Assembly (NCBI GenBank): GCA_038045945.1 | Contig: JBBSXC010000001.1 | Coordinates: 1-64,000 of the forward strand | Source: Nanobdellota archaeon | GTDB lineage: Archaea; Nanobdellota; Nanobdellia; Pacearchaeales; GW2011-AR1 | Direction of reading: 5' to 3' | Length of the DNA: 64,000 bases | Shown here: piece by piece, positions 47,881 through 57,732 of the stretch | Layout: the number at the start of each line of letters is the position of its first letter | How positions within the stretch are numbered: position 1 is the first letter of the stretch | Program-made: the position numbers and the translations under genes | The notes under the pieces: generated by a model | Told to the model about the DNA's origin: nothing | The model's database searches: none | Seen by the model: the letters and a program-made list of their open reading frames with translations, nothing else

Positions 47881-48246
47881 TTACTCAAGAATTGCTAATA
47901 ATCCGTCTACTTGCGAGGATGTTGATTCATCACCATTATCATACCCGCTTATGTATGAGAATAATGCTACTTCGTATAATAATGCTTTTTCTTTAGACTT
48001 AAAATTTCCTAGAATTGCTGCTACTTCTACGCTTGACTCATAGTTTCCCCTAACTACACCAGTCGTTTTCGGATTTTCTTCAACATTGTTTCTCGCCCAA
48101 GAACCAGCCATGTATCCTTCTGGCAGGATGTTTCTTAAGTACTCTTTTTTTTCTTCACTCAATTTTTCTTTTGCTCCCATAAGCCTCTTCTTAATTGTTA
48201 CAAATTTTGTGCTTTGAGTTTTAATCTCGAATACCATAGTTATCAC
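47881..48246 (-). CDS. Hypothetical protein
   Basis: 121 aa ORF. Confidence 0.55.
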   Translation of the reverse strand: MITMVFEIKTQSTKFVTIKKRLMGAKEKLSEEKKEYLRNILPEGYMAGSWARNNVEENPKTTGVVRGNYESSVEVAAILGNFKSKEKALLYEVALFSYISGYDNGDESTSSQVDGLLAILE

Positions 48247-48314
48247 TGATGATTGTTCTTTATATAGATTATTTTTCTTTAATATATAGTTGCCAACTAG
48301 AACTTTAGAGGTTT

Positions 48315-48422
48315 TTATGTTCTTCTTTGTTTTCTTTTTCTCTTCTCTTTCTTTAGGCGCTTACGCTGCCATTTCCATCTCATTTGTCTTTTCTTCTTCC
48401 ATCTTCGTGAACTTCGCTTCAT
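48315..48422 (-). CDS. rpl41e: Ribosomal protein L41e (eS32), 35 aa, not in ORF track
   Basis: Translates to MKRSSRRWKKKRQMRWKWQRKRLKKEKRKRKQRRT, the archaeal extended L41e pattern MRWKWxxKRL. Confidence 0.85.
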   Translation of the reverse strand: MKRSSRRWKKKRQMRWKWQRKRLKKEKRKRKQRRT

Positions 48423-48483
48423 GTTATTAATGTGCTAAGAGGGGTTTAAAAACCTTTATAAAAGTGATTTGTTTAAGTTCTTA

Positions 48484-50016
48484 ATGAGTAAAATAGAGGA
48501 AATTTTAGAGTCTCTTAGTCTTGTTGAGCGACAAATACTTCCTTTCGTTAGAGAGGGCATGGATGAAGTCGAAAAACGCTCTGGCCTTGATAATACTTCT
48601 ATTTTGCGTGCTTTACAATTCTTAGAAAATAAAGGTTTGATTGTTAAGGATGTTAAAAAATCTAAGGTTATTGATCTTGATGATAATGGTAGAATCTATC
48701 TGGGTGAGGGTTTGCCTGAGAGAAAACTTTTATCTTTGTTAATTAAGGAAAAATCTTTGACTATTAAGGATGCTAAAGTTGACAGCAAGCTTAATGATCA
48801 GGAGTTTAGTGTTGCTTTAGGATCGCTTAAGAATAAGGCTTTGGTTAGGATTGATTCTGGTAATGTGAGTTTTGTTGGTAAGAAGGATGATACGGATAAA
48901 AAGTTTTTTGAGGAAGAATTATTGGTTAAGCTTCCTGTAAGCCTTGATTCTTTGGAAGGTCCTTTGAGGCTTGCTTATGAGAATCTTAAGGAGAGGAAGG
49001 GTATCATAAAAGTTCGTGATGTTTCTGATTATGTCGTTAAGCTTACAAGTATTGGTGAGGATGTTGCTCGTTGCACTGTTGATTCTTCTTATGATAATAT
49101 GATTGAACAAGTTACTCCTGACATTATTAATAATGAGTCTTGGAGGGGTAAGAAGTTCCGTCGTTATGATGTTAAGAGTAGGGTTCCAGAGATAAGTGGT
49201 GGTAAGAAACATTTTGTTAATCAATCTGTTGATTATGGTAAGAGGATTTGGTCTGATCTTGGCTTTAAGGAAATGACTGGTCTTATGACTCAAACATCTT
49301 TTTGGAATTTTGATTCTTTATTCACCCCTCAAGATCACCCCGTTAGAGAAATGCAAGACACATTCTTTATTAAGGACGCCATTGGAAAGCTCCCTAACAA
49401 AAAAATAGTTGATGCAGTAAAGTCTTCTCATGAGGGAAAAATAAAAGGTAGTAAAGGTTGGCAATACGAATGGAAAGAAGAGGGAGCAAAGAGGGTTTTG
49501 ATGAGAACACAAACTACTGGCCTTTCGGCAAAAACTTTAGCTAAGCTTGGAGAATTAAAGAATAGTAATGAGAAAGAGGGGAAATTTTTTGCTTTAGGGA
49601 TGAATTTTCGTAATGAGACTGTTGATTGGAGTCATGGATTTCAATTTAATCAAACTGAGGGAATAGTAGTAGGAAAAGGATTAAACTTCAAAAACTTGCT
49701 ATGGTACCTCAGAGAGTTTTTTAAGAAGATGGGTTATGAGAAGGTCAGGTTTAGGCCTGCTTATTTTCCTTATACTGAGCCTAGTGTTGAGATTGAGGTT
49801 TGGCATCCAGAAAGAAAAATTTGGTGGGAGTTAGGTGGTGCTGGAATGTTTAGGCCTGAAGTAACAATTCCTTTACTGGGAGAGCATATACCTGTTTTAG
49901 CTTGGGGTCCTGGTTTTGATCGTACCATGATGGATTATTACAAAATTACTGATTTGCGAGAGTTTTATGAGAATGATTTGACTAAGTCAAGAAAGAAAAG
50001 GATGTGGATGAAGTAA
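48484..50016 (+). CDS. pheS: Phenylalanine-tRNA ligase alpha subunit
   Basis: FWNFDSLFTPQDHPVREMQDTF, FRNE, YFPYTEPS and ELGGAGMFRPE. Confidence 0.96.
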   Translation: MSKIEEILESLSLVERQILPFVREGMDEVEKRSGLDNTSILRALQFLENKGLIVKDVKKSKVIDLDDNGRIYLGEGLPERKLLSLLIKEKSLTIKDAKVDSKLNDQEFSVALGSLKNKALVRIDSGNVSFVGKKDDTDKKFFEEELLVKLPVSLDSLEGPLRLAYENLKERKGIIKVRDVSDYVVKLTSIGEDVARCTVDSSYDNMIEQVTPDIINNESWRGKKFRRYDVKSRVPEISGGKKHFVNQSVDYGKRIWSDLGFKEMTGLMTQTSFWNFDSLFTPQDHPVREMQDTFFIKDAIGKLPNKKIVDAVKSSHEGKIKGSKGWQYEWKEEGAKRVLMRTQTTGLSAKTLAKLGELKNSNEKEGKFFALGMNFRNETVDWSHGFQFNQTEGIVVGKGLNFKNLLWYLREFFKKMGYEKVRFRPAYFPYTEPSVEIEVWHPERKIWWELGGAGMFRPEVTIPLLGEHIPVLAWGPGFDRTMMDYYKITDLREFYENDLTKSRKKRMWMK

Positions 50017-51668
50017 TGGCTGGCGTAAAGTTTTCTAGAAAAGAGTTTGAGAAGAGATTGAAGATAACTCCTCAAATTATTGATAGGATTAACATGTTTG
50101 GTACTCCTTTTGAAGGAATGACTGATGATGAAGTGGAAATTGAGATATTTCCTAACAGGCCTGACATGTTAAGTATAGAGGGATACTTACGATCTTTAGA
50201 AGCATTCCTTGATAAGAGGGGGAAAACTGGGATGAAGCATTATAAGAAGGAGAAGAGTAATTACAAATTATTGGTTGATAAGTCTGTTCCTAAACAGTGG
50301 CCTTATGCTATTGCTTGTGTAATAAAAGGGGTTAAGCTTAATAGTGATAGGGTTAAGGACTTAATACAATTACAAGAAAAGCTTGGTTCTACACTTCTTA
50401 GAAGGAGAAAGAAGGGTGGTGCAGGACTTTATCCTTTGGGTAAGATAGAGTGGCCTATAAAGTTTGAGGGTAAAAAATTAAGAGAGATTATTTTCCGGCC
50501 TTTAGAAATGGATGATTACATAACTGCTGATAAAATCTTGGATTTACACCCAACTGGTAGGAAGTATGCTCATGTTTGCCAGTCGTGGGATAGTATGCCT
50601 GTTTTCACTGATAAGAAAGGCAGAGTTATGTCTATGCCTCCAATAATTAATTCTCATGATTTTGGCAGGATTGATGAGAAAACAACTGATATATTTTTGG
50701 AAGTAACTGGTAATGATATGAATACTATTCAGAGAACATTAACAATTATTTCTACTGCTTTAGCTGAGATGGGTGGTAAGATTTACGAGGTTGAGTGCGT
50801 ACAAGTAAATGGTGATAAGACTAATCAACCAATTCTTGATGTTGAGAAGATGAAAATTAATACTAAGAATATTCAGGGCACTTTGGGAATTATTGTTGAT
50901 GATAAGGATGTTAAGAAGCTTCTTGAGAGGATGGGTTATGATTATGATGAAAAAAAGAAGGAAGTTTCTATACCTTCTTGGAGGATTGATGTAATTGCTG
51001 AGTGTGACCTTATTGAGGATGTTGCTATAGCTTATGGTTATGAGAATATAGAGCCTCAAATGCCTCTTGGTGTCACAACTATTGGTCAGGAAAGTAATAA
51101 GAGTAAGTTTTGTAGGAAAGTTTCCGAGGCACTTATAGGTTTGGGGTTGTTAGAGGTTTCATCTTATTATTTGCTTAGAGGTTTAGATATTAGGAGAGCT
51201 AGGATTAAGCCTTCATTAGAGGTTGAGGATAGCAAAACTGATTATAAGTATCTCAGACCTAGTTTAGTTCCTGGAATTTTGAGAATTCTATCAGAAAATG
51301 TTGATTCTGAGTACCCTCAAAAAATCTTTGAGATAGGCACAACTTTTAGAAAGTCTAATAGCAGCCAAACAGGCATTGGTGAGAAGACTAAAATTTGTAT
51401 TTCTTCTACTCCAGGTAATTATACTGAGTCTAAGCAAGCTCTTGATTATCTTATGAGGATGATTGGTGTTTCTTATGAGGTTGTTGAAGGTAGGAAGAAG
51501 GATGGCCTTATAACCGGAAGAGTTGGTGACGTGATTGTTGGCGGGAAAAGAGTTGGTTTTATTGGTGAAGTTCATCCTCAAATTCTTAAAAATTTCCGCC
51601 TTAAAGAATCATTAGCTGTTATTGAGTTGAATCTTAAGAGTCTTTATAATTCTATAAAGATTATCTGA
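50016..51668 (+). CDS. pheT: Phenylalanine-tRNA ligase beta subunit
   Basis: PNRPDMLS, MPPIINS, DLIEDVAIAYGY and GEVHP; TAATG coupling to pheS. Confidence 0.95.
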   Translation: MAGVKFSRKEFEKRLKITPQIIDRINMFGTPFEGMTDDEVEIEIFPNRPDMLSIEGYLRSLEAFLDKRGKTGMKHYKKEKSNYKLLVDKSVPKQWPYAIACVIKGVKLNSDRVKDLIQLQEKLGSTLLRRRKKGGAGLYPLGKIEWPIKFEGKKLREIIFRPLEMDDYITADKILDLHPTGRKYAHVCQSWDSMPVFTDKKGRVMSMPPIINSHDFGRIDEKTTDIFLEVTGNDMNTIQRTLTIISTALAEMGGKIYEVECVQVNGDKTNQPILDVEKMKINTKNIQGTLGIIVDDKDVKKLLERMGYDYDEKKKEVSIPSWRIDVIAECDLIEDVAIAYGYENIEPQMPLGVTTIGQESNKSKFCRKVSEALIGLGLLEVSSYYLLRGLDIRRARIKPSLEVEDSKTDYKYLRPSLVPGILRILSENVDSEYPQKIFEIGTTFRKSNSSQTGIGEKTKICISSTPGNYTESKQALDYLMRMIGVSYEVVEGRKKDGLITGRVGDVIVGGKRVGFIGEVHPQILKNFRLKESLAVIELNLKSLYNSIKII

Positions 51669-52071
51669 TTTTTGTTAAGTCGCCTTGAACAATTGTTGGG
51701 TTAAAGGCGTTTAGTTCATCTCTTAAGCTGCCATCAGGCAAGTCGTTATAAAAGAATATTTTTTTGTTTAGTTCCCAGGCCTTGAATACTTCTAAAAATG
51801 TTGCTCCCCCAACATAATTTTTGTTTCCGCTCTTATCAAAATTTAGCACTAGTATTGCATCATTGTTTATTATCTTTTTTACTTGTAACCTTAGCATTTC
51901 CCCTTTCCATTTTGAGTGTTCTCCAGGATTATTTTTTTTCACTTCTTCTTCTTTCATCGGATTACCATAACTGTTCGGTAAGGTTATTATGTGTCCTGCT
52001 TGTTCTAACTCATTTTTTATTGGTGGAACCTTATTATAGAAGTGTTTGCTTGAGCAAATAAATATTTTCAT
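51661..52071 (-). CDS. Nucleoside 2-deoxyribosyltransferase-like fold protein
   Basis: KIFICSS, DAILVLN and YVGGATFLE...KKIFF. Confidence 0.65.
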   Translation of the reverse strand: MKIFICSSKHFYNKVPPIKNELEQAGHIITLPNSYGNPMKEEEVKKNNPGEHSKWKGEMLRLQVKKIINNDAILVLNFDKSGNKNYVGGATFLEVFKAWELNKKIFFYNDLPDGSLRDELNAFNPTIVQGDLTKIR

Positions 52072-52112
52072 AAAAAGATTATGATATCTATTAATAATAA
52101 ACCTTTCTTTTT

Positions 52113-52673
52113 TTATGCGAATACTCCAAGGATGATCATTGCGTTCCCTATTGCGTGCGCAATCATTGCTGGTAGTACGTCGCGTTTGTTAATTATGAAT
52201 AGTAATGAGTATGTTATCCCTATTATTGTTAAGTATATTATTCTTATTGTGTCTGTGTATCCGTGAATCCATACAAATACGAATAGTTGTATTATGAATC
52301 CTAGTATTATGAATGCCCATGATGCTTTCTTGTTATCTATTCTTGATGATAAGAAGAATGCTCCCCCTAGTATTAGCCCTCTTATGAATAATTCTTCGAA
52401 GAATGGCCCTATTATTATGTATGATAAGAGGGAAAAAATGTTCTTTGCTCCTGCTTCTATTAGGAGTATCCCCGCTGCGAATCGAAATATTGATAATACA
52501 ACAAATATTGTTATTGTTGGTATTATGAATGTTTTCATAATGCTTTGGTAGTTTAGGCTAAATATTGCGTGGTGGGGTATCATTTTTCTAAGCCAGAAGT
52601 ATCCTAATAAGAATATTATTCCAACACCGAACCATATCAGGTCCGTGGTTAATAACTGTGATATTAGAGCCAT
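52113..52673 (-). CDS. CPBP (CAAX/Abi) intramembrane metalloprotease
   Basis: EELFIRG, FVWIH and AHAIGN. Confidence 0.88.
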   Translation of the reverse strand: MALISQLLTTDLIWFGVGIIFLLGYFWLRKMIPHHAIFSLNYQSIMKTFIIPTITIFVVLSIFRFAAGILLIEAGAKNIFSLLSYIIIGPFFEELFIRGLILGGAFFLSSRIDNKKASWAFIILGFIIQLFVFVWIHGYTDTIRIIYLTIIGITYSLLFIINKRDVLPAMIAHAIGNAMIILGVFA

Positions 52674-52675
52674 CG

Positions 52676-53239
52676 TTACTTTTTGTTTATTCCGTAAAGC
52701 ATTTTAGTGTATCCAGAATTATCAATTGATCCTAGACCCTCACCAATCATCGATATTACTTCTTTAATCAATTTTTTCGCCCCCATTATTTCTTTTCTGG
52801 CGTGGCATAAGTATTCTATTTCCATCCAGTACCCTATATTGCTAACTTTGTTTATTTCTATGTGCAGCTTGTTATTCTTTTTGTAAGTGTAAACTTCGCT
52901 TATTTTTTTCTTGTGTATCCATTCTTTGAACCCTAAGTCTTTTTGCAGTTCTAAGAAGAATTTTACGTCGCTTTTATGGTTTAGCACTAGTTCGAATTCT
53001 TCTTTTACAACTACTTCCTTATCTGATAGGTTATCAGACTTTTTTTTGAAGTTTACAACATACTGGTTTTTTACTTTTCTTATCCTGAAGGACTTTTTTG
53101 GGTATCCTTTTATGTGTAATGCGAAATAATCATCATTTTTTGTTTGTTTTTCTTTAAATGTCGCTATTTTTGCTACTTCTTTTTTTATTTTTTTGTAGTC
53201 TAAAATTTTTATTTTTGATTCTACTTCGTACCATGACAT
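52676..53239 (-). CDS. CYTH domain protein (class IV adenylate cyclase-like/triphosphatase)
   Basis: YEVESK (ExExK), DDYF, FRIRK, MEIE and GYTKML. Confidence 0.85.
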   Translation of the reverse strand: MSWYEVESKIKILDYKKIKKEVAKIATFKEKQTKNDDYFALHIKGYPKKSFRIRKVKNQYVVNFKKKSDNLSDKEVVVKEEFELVLNHKSDVKFFLELQKDLGFKEWIHKKKISEVYTYKKNNKLHIEINKVSNIGYWMEIEYLCHARKEIMGAKKLIKEVISMIGEGLGSIDNSGYTKMLYGINKK

Positions 53240-53354
53240 TATTTATTCACCATTCTTTTATGATTTATTAATGGTTTTTTAGTTTTATAAAACTATTCAG
53301 TGCAGAGCAATAGAATTTTTAAAGAAAAAGGTTTCTTTTTTGTGATCAACAGAA

Positions 53355-53711
53355 ATGACTAATACTAAAAAAGAATCTAAAGATAGAAGATTTTTAAGGC
53401 AACCTCGCGAATATGGACCGAATGATTTTTTTGAGGGTGAAAGAGTCGTTATATATTTATTTCCAGAACATGGTCTAGAAGCAGACTTGATTAGAGGTAC
53501 TGTGACGTCAACTGATTCTTATAAAAGATGGTATAACCAGACATTCCCTGCGTTAAGGGTGATAATTGAGGGTTCTGCTTTAACATCTAGTGTAAGAAGT
53601 AGAGTGCCAAGAGAGAATTTTTGGTTAAAAACATCTCTACCTTATGAAACACCAATAGCGTATTATAGAATTGCTAGAAAAAATCCTTATGTTCAAGACC
53701 AGGCTAAATAA
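53355..53711 (+). CDS. Hypothetical protein
   Basis: 118 aa ORF. Confidence 0.55.
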   Translation: MTNTKKESKDRRFLRQPREYGPNDFFEGERVVIYLFPEHGLEADLIRGTVTSTDSYKRWYNQTFPALRVIIEGSALTSSVRSRVPRENFWLKTSLPYETPIAYYRIARKNPYVQDQAK

Positions 53712-54220
53712 ACGTATAATTCTTCAAAGAATAATTTTTGTTTTGCTACTATTTTGAATTTGTATCCTTCTCTTACCAAGATTTTTTCTACGTCTGGTGT
53801 CATTGAGCTTGACAAAAATAATATTTTTCCATCTTCTACTAAGAAGTTTTTTGCTCCAATGAGAAATCTTTCTATTATTTCGTTGCCTTTTTCTCCTCCG
53901 CTGGTTATTACTGCGCTTTCTTCATCTTCTAATTCTTCTTTTGGTAGGTATGGTGGATTAAATATTATTATGTGGAATTTGTCTGATTCTGGTACGTTAT
54001 CGAATAAGTCTGATTGTTTTGTTTTTATTCCTAAATTTTTGCAGAATTTTACTGCTTCCTGGTTTATGTCTACTGCGTATACTTCTGCTCCGCACTCTTT
54101 TGCTTCTAGTGCTAGTATTCCGCTTCCTGTTCCCACGTCTAATACTTTCATTCCTTCTTTTACGTAGTCGCTTATTTCGTACTTTAGTAAAAACGAGTCT
54201 TCTGCTGGTTCGTAAATCAT
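53693..54220 (-). CDS. HemK2/MTQ2 release-factor glutamine methyltransferase
   Basis: IYEPAEDSFLL, LDVGTGSG and FNPPYLP. Confidence 0.92.
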   Translation of the reverse strand: MIYEPAEDSFLLKYEISDYVKEGMKVLDVGTGSGILALEAKECGAEVYAVDINQEAVKFCKNLGIKTKQSDLFDNVPESDKFHIIIFNPPYLPKEELEDEESAVITSGGEKGNEIIERFLIGAKNFLVEDGKILFLSSSMTPDVEKILVREGYKFKIVAKQKLFFEELYVYLAWS

Positions 54221-54412
54221 GAAAATTTCCCTCTTCTAATTTTCAGGATGTCGAAATGTACACATTTCTTAATCATAAATTTATTGTAATACTTCCCCAT
54301 ATAAACCTTTTTATGTCAAGAAGATTGTTTTTTTATTATCATAAATTTTTTATGCAGAACTTTAAAAGTTTGTAATCAGAACTTTTATATACTAGTTATG
54401 CTATAATGTATT

Positions 54413-54493
54413 ATGTTAGTTATAAGACAGCTTACAACAATGAATTCTATTAAGGCTGGCTGTGCTTATGATAATATTAAGTGCTTCTACTGA
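54413..54493 (+). CDS. Putative leader peptide 1 (26 aa)
   Basis: MLVIRQLTTMNSIKAGCAYDNIKCFY; the ATG lies about 22 nt after the BRE/TATA cagaacttttatata, the leaderless spacing seen elsewhere in the window. Confidence 0.45.
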   Translation: MLVIRQLTTMNSIKAGCAYDNIKCFY

Positions 54494-54543
54494 AGAGCTC
54501 TTAATAAATAACTAAAAATTTCTTAAGAAACATCTTCCAAAAC

Positions 54544-54861
54544 ATGACACTTAAATCTATAACCCCTGAACTTGAACATAAGCTGACAGTTAGCAACTTA
54601 GTCTTTTTAGCTATTAGTAAGCTTAGTATTAGGCAGCTTGAAATATTGAAGAAGGTTCACAAGTATCATAGTGTTAAGTCTTCTTCTCTTATTCGTGAGG
54701 TTGAGAGAAGGCTTGGTTTTTCTAAGAAGAAGACGATTAGTGAGATTGAGGAATTGGGTGAACTAAAACTTCTTGCTCCTAGGATTATTGATAATAGCAG
54801 GGAGCTTGAGCTTACTGAGCTTGGTGAACTTATAACTGCTGAAGTTGAAAGAGAAGTATAA
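54544..54861 (+). CDS. Small winged-helix (MarR-like) protein
   Basis: LSIRQLEILKKV...HTH...ELELTELGELI wing. Confidence 0.7.
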   Translation: MTLKSITPELEHKLTVSNLVFLAISKLSIRQLEILKKVHKYHSVKSSSLIREVERRLGFSKKKTISEIEELGELKLLAPRIIDNSRELELTELGELITAEVEREV

Positions 54862-54867
54862 AAAATT

Positions 54868-56139
54868 TTAGTCAAGAATAATTGGTTTTGCTGTATTCAA
54901 AATGTTATCAAAGACTTTTTTTACTTTTGTGAAGTTTTTGTTACCTAATGATTTGTGTAGTATCGCTACAGGATGGTAACCCAAGTATTCTCCAACCATC
55001 ATTTTGTCATTAACAGAATGCATTAATTCTTCATTGTCCACGATTATCATTGGTGCAGCTATTTTTCCAGGATAAGTGTAAACCGATAAGTTTTTTGATT
55101 TTCCAGAACGAAGATATATGTCTCTTAAATTTGCTACTGTTGCTAACCATTCATGCATCATGCGGCTGTCTTTAACATTTTTAACAAATTTTTCTTCTGT
55201 AAACACTCTTTCTTGAAATTCTTTAGTTGATGAGTCGGCTAATAACACTCTTACTTGCTGGTCTTTTTTTATTAGTTCTATTATTTTTTTACGCCCTTCA
55301 TGAACAGCTGATAGGCATGTTGATCCTAAAATATCTATTGACTTATTTGCTTTTTCGAAAAAGTTGTACAGGTTTATTTCGTGACGTGAATCAAAAACCT
55401 TTTTGTCGCTTAATGCTATTGCCCATAATTTTTCAAAATAACTTTGAAATGATGCTGCTGCGCTTTGAGAGTGGATAACTACTGATATTATTGGTCTTGC
55501 ATCCCATAAAACCCATGCTACTTTATCTCCATAAACCCATGTGGAGGTTGAGCTTTTGTGAGCGGACTTTAAAAAACGCAGTTCTCCGCTAATATTCTTC
55601 ATAAATGGTAGTGAGTCTGACAAGTCGTTAAGAATAACTCTTGATTTTACACCAAGCCTCTTTTTTTTCATTTGAGCTGATTTGTAGTAGTCTTCTCCGA
55701 CGTTACGAACCATTTCGCTACTTCTTCCTATTGCCACGTATTCCTTTTTCGTTTTAGCACACCAGTCTAACATTCCTTCAAAAAATGATTTGAAACCGTT
55801 AAATCCTATTAGTGTATCGATTTTTGATTCTTTTTCGGTTTCTCTTAATGATTTAGAACTATCAATTATTTTTTTTATTTTTGCTAGTTCGCTCTTTAGG
55901 TTATCTTTTGCTTCCTCACCATATCTTTGCAAGGCCATTATGTTAATAGAATAAACTTTTAGCCCGTTTGTTAGGTTGCATAAAACAAGGCCTTTTTCTT
56001 CTAATCTTCTTATAGAGTTGTAAGCTGTTCCTTTGTGAAGTCCTAGATGTTTAATTACGCTACCAAGTGATGTTTCTCCAGCTGTTAAAACTTCGTTAAA
56101 TATTGATTCTTCTACCTTTGTTAGCTTAAATGTCTTCAT
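54868..56139 (-). CDS. TrmB-like regulator with two tandem effector (PLD-fold-like) domains
   Basis: LTKVEESIF...LGLHKGTAYNSIRRLEEKGLV HTH; TWVYGDKVA...FQSYFEKLW; second domain SIDILG...VRVLL...MIIVDNE. Confidence 0.75.
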   Translation of the reverse strand: MKTFKLTKVEESIFNEVLTAGETSLGSVIKHLGLHKGTAYNSIRRLEEKGLVLCNLTNGLKVYSINIMALQRYGEEAKDNLKSELAKIKKIIDSSKSLRETEKESKIDTLIGFNGFKSFFEGMLDWCAKTKKEYVAIGRSSEMVRNVGEDYYKSAQMKKKRLGVKSRVILNDLSDSLPFMKNISGELRFLKSAHKSSTSTWVYGDKVAWVLWDARPIISVVIHSQSAAASFQSYFEKLWAIALSDKKVFDSRHEINLYNFFEKANKSIDILGSTCLSAVHEGRKKIIELIKKDQQVRVLLADSSTKEFQERVFTEEKFVKNVKDSRMMHEWLATVANLRDIYLRSGKSKNLSVYTYPGKIAAPMIIVDNEELMHSVNDKMMVGEYLGYHPVAILHKSLGNKNFTKVKKVFDNILNTAKPIILD

Positions 56140-56225
56140 AGTAGTCGTATAAGGCGACTAATCTTGTTTAAATATATTGTTATTTTGTTTTATTAATGAA
56201 TGATTGGAGGAATGACTGATTTATC

Positions 56226-57044
56226 ATGGGGATCTATATACCGTATCCCTCTTCAAATCATACTACATCTGTAAGTGACTTTGTTATAACTACTTTAACT
56301 TCTAAATGGCCTTTAACTGCTAAAAAACTCCATTACCATATTAAGTCTTATCAGAATTGTTCTTATCAGGGCGTTCATAAAGCTCTTAAACAACTTTTAG
56401 AGTTTCAAGTTGTTGAAAAGGTTGGTAGAGAGTACTTTATCAGTAAGGATTGGTTACGATCCACTGCTAATCATTTGAAGCTTATTGAGCAGCAGTATAA
56501 TAAGCCTAATAAAGCGGTTAATAACACTTTTATTTTTAATAGTTTAGAAGAAGCTGAGAGGTTTAAGAACGATCTTCATTGGAATCATCTTTATCATGGT
56601 GGACCTCAGGTCCTTTATGCTCATGTTTATCATTTAAGGTCTCCTATTATTAATACTGAGAGCATTCTTAAAAAGATTGAGAAGGATAGAGCTTCTAATA
56701 ATGAGTCTTTTATTATTGTTCATGGCCAGACTAAGCTTGATAAGCATTGTAAGCATTTTTATGAGCAGTCTGGCAAGAATAATGTTGTACTTGGTAAAAT
56801 TTTAGAAAATGATTGTGAGTTAAGAGTTATGGGTGATACTATAACTCAGATGTATCTTCCTAAAGAGCTTATTAGTCAACTTGACGAGTTTTATGATTCT
56901 GCTTCTATTAATAATCTCGAATTATACAAATTGTATGGTTTATTCAAAGAACAACACCAGATCAGGATTACTGTAACTATTAATAAGGAAATGGCTAACT
57001 TGTTAAAAAAGCAGATTCTTCAGTCTTTTATATCTTCAAATTGA
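56226..57044 (+). CDS. Winged-helix regulator with C-terminal effector domain
   Basis: WPLTAKKLH...SYQGVHKALKQL...VEKVGREYFISKDW. Confidence 0.7.
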   Translation: MGIYIPYPSSNHTTSVSDFVITTLTSKWPLTAKKLHYHIKSYQNCSYQGVHKALKQLLEFQVVEKVGREYFISKDWLRSTANHLKLIEQQYNKPNKAVNNTFIFNSLEEAERFKNDLHWNHLYHGGPQVLYAHVYHLRSPIINTESILKKIEKDRASNNESFIIVHGQTKLDKHCKHFYEQSGKNNVVLGKILENDCELRVMGDTITQMYLPKELISQLDEFYDSASINNLELYKLYGLFKEQHQIRITVTINKEMANLLKKQILQSFISSN

Positions 57045-57732
57045 ATACTCTGATGGCATTGCCATGTAATATCAGGTTTTTTTCTTCTTGTGTTAATTCA
57101 GATTTTAACACTTTTAGTATTTCTATTTGGTGATCTGAGAATGGTACGTCTGATCCGAACATTATTCTGTCTGCCCCTACTTGTTTTGCTCTTAGTTTTA
57201 TTATGAATGGTGATGATACTATTGATGTTTCCACGTACACATTGTCGCATGCTTGCATTCTTGAGAAGAATTCGTCTGAGTCTCCAGCAAAATGTCCAAA
57301 CACGAATGGTATTTTTGGGTAACGTTTAGCTAATGTTAATAATCTTTCTGGATCTGTTGATGATAATCCTTCTTTTCTTGTGTGTATTATTATGGGTTTT
57401 GATTTTTCTGATAATATTTTGAAGAACCATGATAATTGTTCATCTAAAGGGTCAAAGTCTTCTCCTCTAGGGTGGAGTTTTATTGCTACAAAATCGTCTA
57501 ATACTCTAACAAGTATATTACGATCAATCACTTTAGGATTGCATCTTAAGACTGGTAATAAGTCTTGATGTAAATCTCTTAACTCTAAACTATGCTCAAA
57601 AACATCTCTCTGAGATTTTAGAGGAAAAACAAGTGATTTAGTCACACCATGTTTTTTCATTGATTCTAACAGTTGTAGTGAGTTAAGACCTGTTTTTCCT
57701 TCTCCAACATGTGTATGGACATCAATTATCAT
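57028..57732 (-). CDS. Metal-dependent amidohydrolase (Amidohydro_2, TIM barrel)
   Basis: IIDVHTH, IKLHP, IIIHT, FGHF and RIMFGSDVPF. Confidence 0.9.
   Translation of the reverse strand: MIIDVHTHVGEGKTGLNSLQLLESMKKHGVTKSLVFPLKSQRDVFEHSLELRDLHQDLLPVLRCNPKVIDRNILVRVLDDFVAIKLHPRGEDFDPLDEQLSWFFKILSEKSKPIIIHTRKEGLSSTDPERLLTLAKRYPKIPFVFGHFAGDSDEFFSRMQACDNVYVETSIVSSPFIIKLRAKQVGADRIMFGSDVPFSDHQIEILKVLKSELTQEEKNLILHGNAIRVFNLKI

Noticed and set aside
16285-53239. CYTH gene plus Pycsar effector as one defence system
   Set aside because: They are about 36 kb apart, CYTH is a different fold from PycC, and archaeal CYTH proteins are often simple triphosphatases.
54355-54385. Direct repeat cagaacttt as an operator or att site
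   Set aside because: Both copies are explained as BRE/TATA-like promoter elements in AT-rich DNA and are too short to support more.
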